Below are positions 19,693 through 28,898 of a stretch of 64,000 nt of DNA, one piece after another (the first letter of the stretch is position 1; the number at the start of each line of letters is the position of its first letter). The notes under the pieces are model-generated. The model was not told the DNA's origin, made no database searches, and saw nothing but the letters and a program-made list of their open reading frames with translations. This stretch comes from Candidatus Micrarchaeota archaeon (GTDB lineage Archaea; Micrarchaeota; Micrarchaeia; Anstonellales; Bilamarchaeaceae). The position numbers and the translations under genes were made by a program. The DNA lies in contig CAZYJW010000003.1 in the NCBI GenBank assembly GCA_964647855.1, positions 67,431 through 131,430 on the forward strand, in the 5' to 3' direction.

Positions 19693-19827
19693 TGGGGTCA
19701 CGGAGATTTGAACTCCGACGTACAGGTTTCACGGCTCGCATGCCCCCGCACGGGCGGGGGCGGGATCTGGAGCCTGCCGCGCTACCAGGTTGCGTGGCCT
19801 CGGATGAGGCCCTTACGCCATAACCCC
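19693..19827 (-). tRNA. tRNA-Trp(CCA) with two introns (15/16: 19790-19812, 23 nt; about 37/38: 19728-19766, 39 nt)
   Basis: Spliced GGGGTTA TG GCGT AACCTGGTA GCGC G GCAGG CTCCAGA CCTGT ACGT CGGAG TTCAAAT CTCCG TGACCCC A; the D-loop intron has a perfect 4-bp GCGT/ACGC helix with 3-nt bulges. Confidence 0.9.
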
Positions 19828-19946
19828 GCTTCAATGCAATCAGGCTGCCGGCCTGAAAGCGTATTAATCTGCGCTGCCGCCTTTTTATAAATAACTGAAA
19901 GCCCCGGTTTCAATATCAATAAAAAGAAAGAGCGGGTTCAAGGCTT

Positions 19947-20777
19947 ATGGACGCCATAACGCTGCTTTCAGAAAGCGCCGCGCAGAGGAGGACCATCCTC
20001 TGCTTCGGGATAGACCCGGACATCGCCCGCATGGAGGCGGCAATAGGCAGGGGGAAGACCGCCGAGGAGACCATCGCCCCGTACTTCCACCCAATCGTGG
20101 AGAGGCTTCTGGACGAGAACGGGATATCGGCCCTGAAGCCGAACTACGCCTACTTCGCGCAGTACGGGTTCGAGGGGCTCTACGCCCTCGAGGACATCAT
20201 GCAGCACTATCGCGGCAAGGTGCCCATAATCCTGGACGGAAAGCGCGGGGACATAGGGAAAAGCAGCGAGGCCTACGCGCGGGAGGCATACGATTTCTGG
20301 GGCGCTGACGCAGTGACCGTCAGCCCTTATATGGGCGGGGACTCCGTGAAGCCGTTCTTGCGGGATGGGAAGATCGCGTACATGCTATGCCGGACGTCGA
20401 ACCCCGGGGCCATGGACTTCGAGGAGCTGGAAGCGAAAGCGAAGGGCGGCAAGGAAGGAAGGCGCGTATACGAACACGTTGCCGCGAAGGCGCTGGAGTG
20501 GAAGACCGGCCTTGTCGTTGGGGCGACAAGCGACTCCATCAGGAAGCTCGCGCAGGAGACGAAAAACTCGGTGCCGTTCCTGATTCCGGGCATCGGCGCG
20601 CAGGGCGGGGATTTGGGGATGGTGATGGACGCGATAAAGGCCAACCCGGCGATACACAGGATAAACGCCTCCTCATCGATAGCCTACGCATACCAGAAGG
20701 CGGGCGGAAAGCCCGCGGACGGCGCGCTCGCCGAGGCGCAGAGGCTCAATATGGCAATTAGGAAGGCGTTCAAGTAA
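19947..20777 (+). CDS. pyrF: Orotidine 5'-phosphate decarboxylase
   Basis: LCFGIDP, LKPNYAYF, ILDGKRGDIG, TVSPYMG.DS, RTSNPG, GLVVGAT, LIPGIGAQGG. Confidence 0.96.
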   Translation: MDAITLLSESAAQRRTILCFGIDPDIARMEAAIGRGKTAEETIAPYFHPIVERLLDENGISALKPNYAYFAQYGFEGLYALEDIMQHYRGKVPIILDGKRGDIGKSSEAYAREAYDFWGADAVTVSPYMGGDSVKPFLRDGKIAYMLCRTSNPGAMDFEELEAKAKGGKEGRRVYEHVAAKALEWKTGLVVGATSDSIRKLAQETKNSVPFLIPGIGAQGGDLGMVMDAIKANPAIHRINASSSIAYAYQKAGGKPADGALAEAQRLNMAIRKAFK

Positions 20778-20782
20778 TCAGT

Positions 20783-22438
20783 TCAGGTGAGCTTGAGAGC
20801 GTCCAGCAGCCCCTGCACAAAGCCCCAATTCACTGCGATTACATACAGCAGGAGCAGGAAGATGAGGAAATAGAGCATCCTGATTGGCTTCTTGGTCAGG
20901 TATTTGTAGAAAGACTTCAGCGGCTTGATTATTATTGCCGTGACCACCATCCCCGCGGCCTTGAGGATGAAATGCAGGAGCTTCAGGAGCCCTCCGAGCA
21001 CCGCGTCAAGTATGCCCGGGCCGGCCTTCTTCACGACCTTCTTCTCGACCACGACCTCCTTCACCACTTCCCTTACCCGAACGGGCTGTGTTTGGGGCGC
21101 AGGAGCGGGCATTGTGTTTCGGCTTCCGGGTTTTGCGCTTGCGGTTTTAGGTTTGGGTGCCGGTTCCGGTGAGGGTCTCGGCTTCCCCTTCGGCGCTGCC
21201 GCCTCCGTCTTCGCATATTTTTTCAGCAATGCATGGTCGCACGCCTTGCGGAGCGCATCATCCGGAACCACGGCCATCGTGGTTGCCGGAGCGAACACCT
21301 TCACCCGCACCGGCGCGGTCTGGTTGCCTGAATCATCCAGGGTGGACAGGAGGGCGGTTCCGGGAGGAAGCCCCTTGAGCGCCTCCATCACATCGAAATC
21401 CGATTTCGGGAACGATTTCGCGAGGGCGCGGAGGCGGGCGTTGCCCTTCTCGGTCATGGTCTTCTGGGAAAAGATGGTTTTGGTGGAGAGCTGGCCGAGG
21501 ATTTCATCCGGGATGTCCGTGACGTCCTGCGTGACGAAGAAGACCGACACGCCCTTGGAGCGTATCTGCTTGAGCATGGTCACCATCAGGTCCCGAAGCG
21601 ACCGGTTCGCATCCTTGAAAAGGTAGTGCGCCTCGTCGAAGAAAATCGCGAACACGGGCTTCTGCGCGTCCCCGACCTCTGGCAGGCTGGAAAAAAGCTT
21701 CTGGAGCAGGAAAGCCGGCGCCATCGTGACGGCCATGTCGCTCCGGGCGTCCGAAAGGTTGAGGACGTTCAGGCCGCCCAGGTCCTCCAGCCTCACCGCG
21801 GGCCTGCCGAACATCCGCTCGAGCCCGGACTCCTGAAGCGCGATGATTTTCCTCTGGATTACGGAGATGCTCGGAGGGCTGATGCCGCGCTGATTGGTGG
21901 AGACGAGCGCGTCGAGGACATCCAGGAGCTGCTCCGGGGTGTCCAGCGGAAGCGAGTTCTTTTTCGCATATGAGAAGGCGATGGCAAGATGGCTTTCCTG
22001 CGTGGGGTTGAGGGAAAGAAGCCGTGAAAACAAAACGCTCCCTACGCCCGAAACCGAGAAGCGGAAGGGGATGAACCGTTCGCTCGCGCTCCAGTAGTTG
22101 GCGCCGAATGATTTCGGCTCGAACGGAGCGAGCTTGTTTCGCTCATTCCATTTATTTTCCGTTTCGGACGGTGTTTTGCTTTCGCCGTCCTTAACGAAGG
22201 CAGGGGCGCAGAAGCCGCTGGCATCGCCCTTCACGTCGGAAACGAACACGTGGACCCCGGCATCCGCAAGCTGCTCCGCCAGGACCTGCATCGCCCGGCT
22301 CTTGCCCGTTCCCGTGCTTCCTGCGATGATGCCGTGCCGGGTGAGGTAGCGCAGCGGAATTCCGCGGACGCTGCCTTCAGACTCGCCGAGGCTGAGCATC
22401 GGCGGCGCGCCCGCATCCTTTTCCTCCCCTTTTGCCAT
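20783..22438 (-). CDS. HerA-like P-loop ATPase (DUF853/YjgR-like) with Pro-rich linker and C-terminal transmembrane segments
   Basis: RHGIIAGSTGTGKS, DVKGD.SG, FFDEAHYLF, RSKGV..FFVTQ; hydrophobic C-terminal helices. Confidence 0.85.
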   Translation of the reverse strand: MAKGEEKDAGAPPMLSLGESEGSVRGIPLRYLTRHGIIAGSTGTGKSRAMQVLAEQLADAGVHVFVSDVKGDASGFCAPAFVKDGESKTPSETENKWNERNKLAPFEPKSFGANYWSASERFIPFRFSVSGVGSVLFSRLLSLNPTQESHLAIAFSYAKKNSLPLDTPEQLLDVLDALVSTNQRGISPPSISVIQRKIIALQESGLERMFGRPAVRLEDLGGLNVLNLSDARSDMAVTMAPAFLLQKLFSSLPEVGDAQKPVFAIFFDEAHYLFKDANRSLRDLMVTMLKQIRSKGVSVFFVTQDVTDIPDEILGQLSTKTIFSQKTMTEKGNARLRALAKSFPKSDFDVMEALKGLPPGTALLSTLDDSGNQTAPVRVKVFAPATTMAVVPDDALRKACDHALLKKYAKTEAAAPKGKPRPSPEPAPKPKTASAKPGSRNTMPAPAPQTQPVRVREVVKEVVVEKKVVKKAGPGILDAVLGGLLKLLHFILKAAGMVVTAIIIKPLKSFYKYLTKKPIRMLYFLIFLLLLYVIAVNWGFVQGLLDALKLT

Positions 22439-22488
22439 CGGATTGAGTTTGCAATCAGGATTTTTAATCATGAGCGAGAAGGCAGGCC

Positions 22489-23280
22489 ATGGACCGATTC
22501 GTGCGGATGCTTAAGGAGCCGGAGCCGGAGTCCCGCAAGGGGGACAACGGCAGGCTCCTCATAGTCGGCGGAAGCCGGGAGTACCATGGCGCGCCGATAT
22601 TCTCCCTTCTTGCGGCAAGGCGCTTCGTCGACCTGCTCTATTTCCTGCCCGGGGAGCGGGACCCGCAGCTGATAGGCGCGGCCAAGCGCATCCCGGAGGC
22701 GATTGTGGTGAGCGGCTACCGCAGCATGGCGATTCGCGGCCTCGACTGCATCCTCTATGGAATCGGCCTCGGGACTGCAAGGCCCCTCGTTCCCCGCCCG
22801 GAAGCCGGAGGGGGCCCTGCGCTCGTATTCGACGGCGACGGCCTCAGGAGGGCGAAGGGGAGGATACCCCACGGCTCGCTGCTGACGCCGCACGAGAATG
22901 AGTTCAGGATGCTTTTTGGCGTGGAAGGAAGCGAGCGCAACGTCCTCGCCATGGCAAAGGAACACGGGTGCGTCATCCTGAAGAAGGGCCCCGTGGACAT
23001 CATCGCGGACGGCAGAACGGAAAACGCAAAACTCGAGACCAACTCCGTGCACAACCAGGGCATGACCAGGGGCGGCACCGGGGACGTTCTCGCGGGGCTG
23101 GTGGCGGCGCTTGCATGCAAAAACGACCTTTTCACCGCAGCTGTCGCAGGGGCGAGGATAAACGGCCATGCGGGGAACATGCTGATGAGGAGATACGGCT
23201 ACAATTACAGCGCGGGCGACCTCGCGGAGGCGCTTGCGGAAAGCTGCGCCGCGCTTGGCGGAAAACGAGTGGTCGCATGA
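22489..23280 (+). CDS. nnrD: ADP-dependent NAD(P)H-hydrate dehydratase (YjeF C-terminal)
   Basis: KGDNGRLLIVGGS..YHGAP, LTPHENEF, GGTGDVLAG. Confidence 0.92.
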   Translation: MDRFVRMLKEPEPESRKGDNGRLLIVGGSREYHGAPIFSLLAARRFVDLLYFLPGERDPQLIGAAKRIPEAIVVSGYRSMAIRGLDCILYGIGLGTARPLVPRPEAGGGPALVFDGDGLRRAKGRIPHGSLLTPHENEFRMLFGVEGSERNVLAMAKEHGCVILKKGPVDIIADGRTENAKLETNSVHNQGMTRGGTGDVLAGLVAALACKNDLFTAAVAGARINGHAGNMLMRRYGYNYSAGDLAEALAESCAALGGKRVVA

Positions 23281-24173
23281 CGATACGGGACATCAGGGCG
23301 AAAGACATCGGGGGCTTCGACGGGGCGGTTCTCGCGGACTGCGGGTTCCAGGCCACGAACGTCGCAAGGGCGATAGACATCATCGGAAGGATGAGGAAGG
23401 ACAAGGCGACAATCTTCCTCACATTCACATCGAACATGGTTGCATCCGGCCTGCGGGGCATCATAACCGAGATGTGCAAGAGGAAATTCGTCGATGCCAT
23501 CATCACCGCCGGCGGCTCGCTCGACCACGACCTAATCAAGTCCGCGATGCCCTACGAGCTCGGCGACTTCATGATGGACGACGCCAAGCTGCACCAGAAG
23601 GGCGTCAACAGGATTGGAAACATCCTGGTCCCGAACGACCGCTACGAGTATCTCGAGGCGTTCATGAAGGAGGCCTACGACGAACTCTATGCGGCAAACA
23701 AGCTTGCCTGCCCATCCGCCATCGCCCGCAAGATCGGCGAGAAGACGAAGCCCGACTCTTTCCTGCACTGGTGCACGAAAAACAGGATTCCGGTCTTCTG
23801 CCCTGGCATCACGGATTCGGCGATCGGCCTGCAGACGTACTTTTACAAGCAGAGGAGGAAGGATTTCGGCATTGATGTCACGGGGGACATGGGCGAGCTG
23901 GCGCAGCTCTCGCTCAACGCCGAGAAGACCGGCGGCATCATCCTGGGCGGCGGCATCTCCAAGCACCATGCGATAGGCGTGAACCTCCTCCGCGGCGGAT
24001 TCGACTATGCCGTCTACGTCACGACGTCCTCGCCCTGGGACGGCTCGCTTTCCGGCGCCCGGACGAACGAGGGGATATCTTGGGGCAAGATAAAGGAGAA
24101 GGCGAACCATGTCACGGTGGATGCGGACGCGACGATTGCGCTTCCGCTGATAATGGCGGGGTTCCTGAGGTGA
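23277..24173 (+). CDS. dys: Deoxyhypusine synthase
   Basis: GFQAT, FTSNMVASGLR, RIGNI, TDSAIG, GGGISKH, DGSLSGA...E.ISWGK, DATIALP; ATGA overlap with nnrD. Confidence 0.96.
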   Translation: MTIRDIRAKDIGGFDGAVLADCGFQATNVARAIDIIGRMRKDKATIFLTFTSNMVASGLRGIITEMCKRKFVDAIITAGGSLDHDLIKSAMPYELGDFMMDDAKLHQKGVNRIGNILVPNDRYEYLEAFMKEAYDELYAANKLACPSAIARKIGEKTKPDSFLHWCTKNRIPVFCPGITDSAIGLQTYFYKQRRKDFGIDVTGDMGELAQLSLNAEKTGGIILGGGISKHHAIGVNLLRGGFDYAVYVTTSSPWDGSLSGARTNEGISWGKIKEKANHVTVDADATIALPLIMAGFLR

Positions 24174-24177
24174 GGCG

Positions 24178-24777
24178 ATGCTGGGGTATCTTATTGCTTT
24201 CACGGCCGGCGTGCTTGTGAAAACCGTGGACTGGATGGATGACACGCTGAGGAGCAGGAACCCGGCGAAATACGCGCTCGCCGCGATATACGGGGCGCTA
24301 ATAGGCTACATCATAGGCACCACGCCGTTCTCGCTCATCTTCCTCGCAGCGCTAGCGGCGCAGGTCTTCGCCAGGAAGGTAGACACCGCCGCCCACAGGC
24401 TCGGCTTCCTGATCGCCGCGCTCTCGCTCCTCGTCTTCAGCTTCCCCGCCATAGACCCCCTCCTGTTCTTCTTCTTCCTCGCGCTGGCCGTGCTGGACGA
24501 GGCGGACTACATCGGGAGGCTGCGGCCGCTCGTCGAATACCGCCCGTTCCTGAAGCTGGGCTCCCTGGTCCCGGCGCTCTGGGGCGTGTGGGACTTCTTC
24601 CTGGGGATAATCGTCTTCGACATCGGCTACGAGATTGTCGCGGCGCTGACAAAGGAGCGGGAGGGGGAGGCGAAGGCTGAGGGGGCGCGCAGGGCCCACC
24701 GCCGCACGGGTCGCCGCCGCAAGCAGGCGGCAGAGGACGAATCCGAAGGCTCCGACCGGCCTCCGCCCCAGCCCTAG
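24178..24777 (+). CDS. Multi-pass membrane protein of unknown function
   Basis: Several hydrophobic helices and a charged tail; operonic spacing. Confidence 0.7.
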   Translation: MLGYLIAFTAGVLVKTVDWMDDTLRSRNPAKYALAAIYGALIGYIIGTTPFSLIFLAALAAQVFARKVDTAAHRLGFLIAALSLLVFSFPAIDPLLFFFFLALAVLDEADYIGRLRPLVEYRPFLKLGSLVPALWGVWDFFLGIIVFDIGYEIVAALTKEREGEAKAEGARRAHRRTGRRRKQAAEDESEGSDRPPPQP

Positions 24778-24809
24778 GTATTTTAGCGGTATCCGAAGAA
24801 TAGCACATC

Positions 24810-25766
24810 ATGGCGCAGAGCCTGGATTTCGCCCTCAGATACCCGTTTTGCGCAGCGGCCAGGGATGCCCTCGGCTCGATGGAGCTCAACGGCCGCATCG
24901 TCGAGCTTGCGGTCGCAAGGATAAAGAAGGGCCTTGAGGGCGACCGCTCCGTCCGCCTGCTCATCCACGAGGGCGAGAAGCGCGAGGAGATAGCCGCTTA
25001 CGCGGCGGCGCGCATGATTCTGGGCTCCCTCCGGAACAGCTTCATAACCAATTCTTTCGCGGTGAACGAGTCCAAGAGGGTGGGCGACATGCTGGAGAGG
25101 GAGGACGCCGCCGCCCTGGACGCCGTCGCGGCTGAATTCGGGATAAAAACGTCGGGCTCGGGCAAGCTCCTCACAGTCGACCTGCCGACCTACCTGAGAT
25201 ACAGCACGCGCAACCCCCACTACAGGCTGATAAACCGCAGGCTCGTGTCGGGAACCGTCGAGATAACCCGCGGCGAGAAAATCCGCCTCATAGAGGAGGC
25301 CGTGAAGAAGCACATCGAGGCCATCCCGCTTGTGAAGGACCCGCCGGGCATTATCACGAAAGCCGGGGAGGCGCTGGTCGCGGAGCTGCCCAGGCACGCC
25401 GGCAGCCGGATGCAGGTCACCGTGAAGGAGGGCGACCACCCCCCGTGCGTCGTTAGGCTGCTTGATGAGATGAAAAAGCACCAGAACCTGCCCCACCAGG
25501 CCAGGCTTTTCCTCGCCGCATACCTGATACGCATCGGGATGGATGATGATGCCATCAACGCCCTGTTCTCCATGCTTCCGGACTACAACGAGAGGACGAC
25601 GCGCTATCAGGTCGGCCACATCAGGAAAAAGGGGTACAGCGTGCCCGCTTGCTCCACCGTTATGACATACGGCCTGTGCGTCGCCGTCTGCAGGATAGGA
25701 ACCCCCCTGAACTGGCATACGCTCGAAGAGGGCAGGAAAGAAACCCTGCGGAGGAAGGAGGGCTGA
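24810..25766 (+). CDS. priL: DNA primase large subunit
   Basis: HPPCV, NLPHQAR..LA.YL...G, TRYQV.HI...Y..P.C, C-terminal Fe-S cysteines; adjacent to priS. Confidence 0.9.
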   Translation: MAQSLDFALRYPFCAAARDALGSMELNGRIVELAVARIKKGLEGDRSVRLLIHEGEKREEIAAYAAARMILGSLRNSFITNSFAVNESKRVGDMLEREDAAALDAVAAEFGIKTSGSGKLLTVDLPTYLRYSTRNPHYRLINRRLVSGTVEITRGEKIRLIEEAVKKHIEAIPLVKDPPGIITKAGEALVAELPRHAGSRMQVTVKEGDHPPCVVRLLDEMKKHQNLPHQARLFLAAYLIRIGMDDDAINALFSMLPDYNERTTRYQVGHIRKKGYSVPACSTVMTYGLCVAVCRIGTPLNWHTLEEGRKETLRRKEG

Positions 25767-25768
25767 CT

Positions 25769-26866
25769 ATGGACATCCTCGACCTGCAGGCGGCCAAGAA
25801 GGCGTTCGCGGAGTATTATTCGACGGCCGAGCTGCGGATACCCTCGATAGAGCGCAGGGAGTTCGGGGTAGGCAACCAGAAGAAGATTGACGCGAGGCAC
25901 CTGAACTTCGCGAACGCGCAGGAGTTCCGCAACTACCTCTGCAACAACACCCCGCTCTTCGTCTCCCACTCGACGGCGTATTATGATTATCCCGGAGCGA
26001 CCCCGATGGCGAAGAAGGGCTGGAGGGGCGCGGACCTGGTCTTCGACCTCGACATACATGCCGAGGGGAAATACGGCGCATACGCCCATCTCCCCCGCGT
26101 GCGGGAGGACGCCGCGCGCCTTGCCCGGGACTTCATCCTGAACGATTTCGGCATCAGAAGGGAGCACGTAGCGGTCGTGTTCTCCGGCAACCGCGGCTAC
26201 CACATCCACGTCAGGGACCCCGCGTTCCTGCCGCTCGGGAGCGAGGAGCGCCGCGAGCTCGTGGATTATATCATGGGCCAGGGGCTCGATTACACCCAGT
26301 TCTTCAGCCACGATGGAAAGCCGGCAAGGCTGATAGGCCCCCGCCCCGACGAGGGGGGCTACCGCGGCAGGTTCGCAAGGGGCGTCCTCGCGCTGCTTGG
26401 GAGCGACCCCGGCTCGCTCTCACGCCTTTTCACGAAGGAGAAGGAGCGCGGCTTCTTCATCAGCGGAATCAACGAGGGCAACTGGGGGAGGACGTCGCTT
26501 AAGTTCCCGGACATTATAGCCAGGCTGAAGCCGGTCGCAGCGACGCTGCCGGTGCGCTCGGTGGACACGGACGCCGGGGTCACGCAGGACCTGAGCAAGC
26601 TCATCCGCGTCCCTAATTCCATCCACGGCGACACGGGGATGGTGGCGAGGGTCGTGGACGACATATCGAAATTCGACCCCTGGCGCGACGCGGCGATGCC
26701 CGGGGGCGGGGAGATGCGGGTGAGGTTCGCGGAGGACGTCCCCGCCATCGAGATGGACGAGACCATGGGGCCGTTCGGCAAGGGCGACGAGAGGGCGCTC
26801 CCGCGCCCGAAGGCGATGTTCTTCGTCCTGAAGGGGAGCGCATCTTTTGCAAGAGCGGGGGATTAG
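25769..26866 (+). CDS. priS: DNA primase small subunit
   Basis: REFG, STAYY, GADLVFDLD, FSGNRGYHIH, D..VT.D...LIR.P.S.HG.TG. Confidence 0.96.
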   Translation: MDILDLQAAKKAFAEYYSTAELRIPSIERREFGVGNQKKIDARHLNFANAQEFRNYLCNNTPLFVSHSTAYYDYPGATPMAKKGWRGADLVFDLDIHAEGKYGAYAHLPRVREDAARLARDFILNDFGIRREHVAVVFSGNRGYHIHVRDPAFLPLGSEERRELVDYIMGQGLDYTQFFSHDGKPARLIGPRPDEGGYRGRFARGVLALLGSDPGSLSRLFTKEKERGFFISGINEGNWGRTSLKFPDIIARLKPVAATLPVRSVDTDAGVTQDLSKLIRVPNSIHGDTGMVARVVDDISKFDPWRDAAMPGGGEMRVRFAEDVPAIEMDETMGPFGKGDERALPRPKAMFFVLKGSASFARAGD

Positions 26867-27792
26867 AGCTTCGAAACCACTTCTTGGATATCTTCCCGGC
26901 CTATGCCAAACAGCGTAAGATACATGCGGGAGTATTCCGACTTTCCGCACGCCTTGAGTCTTTGCAGCAGTTCAAACTGGTATGGGCGTGATTCATCAGG
27001 AAACATCAGCGCGCCCATGGCCAGGTCGATGTCGGTTTTGGAAAATCCGTGGACCGCACGAAGCTGAAGTTCGAACAGCTTCGCCGCAAGCCCGTATGGG
27101 CGGGTGGTGCTTGTTTTTATCCTTTCCCGGAACATGATGCGCGATTCCCCGATCAGGCCGTGGCCGTCCGCCCCAATCATGGCTGCGAGCATCGCCAGGT
27201 ATTCTCTGATAAAGACAGGAAGAAGCCGATGATGCAGCCCCGCCATGCCCCATAGAGACATGTGAATCGCATGCTCCCGTTCGTGCGCCTTTGTTTCGGA
27301 AAGGTCGTTTCCTCTGGGGCTTATGAAAACCTGGAAGATATGGTCGTGATAGGAGGCGCCATTCATTATGCAGACTTTTGAGTCTTCATCCAGCACTGTA
27401 GAATATTTGAGGTCGCCTTCGAATTCCGTGGAACACCTCCTCTGCTCGAACCGAGCCAGTTCCCCTGCATATTTTCGGACTGGGACATATTGCAAGCCAT
27501 CATCGTAGGTGGTTTCATTGAGGCGTGCGACATGCGCCAGAGAGCTCCGTGGATCTATCAGGGGACCGATGCTGGTTTTGACAACGAAGGGCGGTTGGGG
27601 CGATGCGAACTGCCTTGCTGGGGGAGGAGGTGTGATCTCGATGCCGCAAAGCGCCTTCTTCAGAAAGGGTATCCGTGTCGGCACGCCTTCGGATGAGCGC
27701 CTTTCGGCCTGGCGCAGGGCGTTTTCCCGTAGTCTGCGCCTGCGCCCGCTGGCGCTGATGCCGAGGGCCGAGCAGATTAGCGGGTTGCGCAT
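26863..27792 (-). CDS. Orphan HExEH putative zinc metallopeptidase-like protein (paralog A)
   Basis: AHEREHAIH ... EYLAML; lower GC than flanks; paralog of 27838..28830. Confidence 0.55.
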   Translation of the reverse strand: MRNPLICSALGISASGRRRRLRENALRQAERRSSEGVPTRIPFLKKALCGIEITPPPPARQFASPQPPFVVKTSIGPLIDPRSSLAHVARLNETTYDDGLQYVPVRKYAGELARFEQRRCSTEFEGDLKYSTVLDEDSKVCIMNGASYHDHIFQVFISPRGNDLSETKAHEREHAIHMSLWGMAGLHHRLLPVFIREYLAMLAAMIGADGHGLIGESRIMFRERIKTSTTRPYGLAAKLFELQLRAVHGFSKTDIDLAMGALMFPDESRPYQFELLQRLKACGKSEYSRMYLTLFGIGREDIQEVVSKL

Positions 27793-27837
27793 TTGAATAA
27801 ATGTGGTTAGAAAAGGTTAAAAGTATTTCTTAAACGC

Positions 27838-28830
27838 TTAAAGGCTGAGCCTTGAAACGATATCGCGCAGATCGTCGAAGTGGACGCCGAACATGCGGTA
27901 GTAAGTGGCGTTGTATTCCGCAATCGCCGCATCGCGCATCCGGACGAACTGCTCCTGGAACGGGGAATCGAGCGCCTGGCCGTATTCCCGCCTCAGCTCC
28001 TCCCTGAACATCCAGGCGATGCCCATCGCGACGTCCTTCCTCTGCATGCCGTATCGTTCCGTGAGGCGCCCAATGAGCCCAAGCGCCGCCTTGTCGTGCG
28101 CGGGATGGCCGCCGCTTTCCGCGCCGGTCGGTTGCACATTGATGAATTCATTGCGCCAGGCAAGCAGCTGCGGCGCCTCTCCAAGGTCAATCAGCGTGCG
28201 GAGCATGGCGAGGTATTCCGTGGTTGCTGAGGGCAGGGCAAGGGACGGAAAGCCCGCCAGGTTCCAGAGCGAATGGTGCCGGGCGTGCTCAAGCTCATGC
28301 GTCATGACGTGCCGATGGGAATAGAAGTCCTGGTCCCTCCTGAGGAAGATGTTGTAGAGACATGTGAAGACCCCGCCTCCGCCAAGCAGAAGCCCGGCTT
28401 CATCACCCGTCACCCGGGCGACGCGGAGGTCGCCGATATAGGAAATGTCGCAGGGCGTGACGCGGTAGAGGATGCGGCCGTCCACGGGCTTCTCGACAGA
28501 TATCGCCTGCAGGCCCCTGCTGGAGTTGAATGAATTGAACCGGGCGATTTCGTCCCAGAAGGCCCTGAAGCGGAAATATGCCCGGAAATCCGCCCGCAGC
28601 CCGAAGACATGCCCTTCCCCGGCCGTCTTCTCAAGGGAGCGCGGCTCGGACCGGACCGACTCGCAGTTAGGGGTTGCCGCCCCGCAAAGCTCGCTCTTGA
28701 GGAATGGAATCCGCGTGCTGAGCCCCCCGAAGGCGTTTTTCGCGGCCCGCTCCTCCATTCTCGCATGGAGCCTCCTCTTCCTGGATGCTGCAGAGAGGCC
28801 GAGGGAAAGATAGAGCGGAGGCACTGCCAT
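27838..28830 (-). CDS. Orphan HExEH putative zinc metallopeptidase-like protein (paralog B)
   Basis: THELEHARH ... EYLAML; shares S(G/R)R(R/K)RRL, TRIPFLK..LCG and SLW..AG with paralog A. Confidence 0.55.
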   Translation of the reverse strand: MAVPPLYLSLGLSAASRKRRLHARMEERAAKNAFGGLSTRIPFLKSELCGAATPNCESVRSEPRSLEKTAGEGHVFGLRADFRAYFRFRAFWDEIARFNSFNSSRGLQAISVEKPVDGRILYRVTPCDISYIGDLRVARVTGDEAGLLLGGGGVFTCLYNIFLRRDQDFYSHRHVMTHELEHARHHSLWNLAGFPSLALPSATTEYLAMLRTLIDLGEAPQLLAWRNEFINVQPTGAESGGHPAHDKAALGLIGRLTERYGMQRKDVAMGIAWMFREELRREYGQALDSPFQEQFVRMRDAAIAEYNATYYRMFGVHFDDLRDIVSRLSL

Positions 28831-28836
28831 GGGAGA

Positions 28837-28864
28837 GATGTGTATGGAAAAGGTTAAAAGAGAT
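28837..28864 (-). promoter_or_regulatory. 28-bp promoter segment, copy 1 (ATCTCTTTTAACCTTTTCCATACACATC on minus strand)
   Basis: Exact duplicate at 29937-29964; both lie 6 bp upstream of an ATG; contains a TATA-like TTTTAA. Confidence 0.8.
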
Positions 28865-28898
28865 TATATGGCGGGAGTTCCAGTTCCAGATGAAAGGC

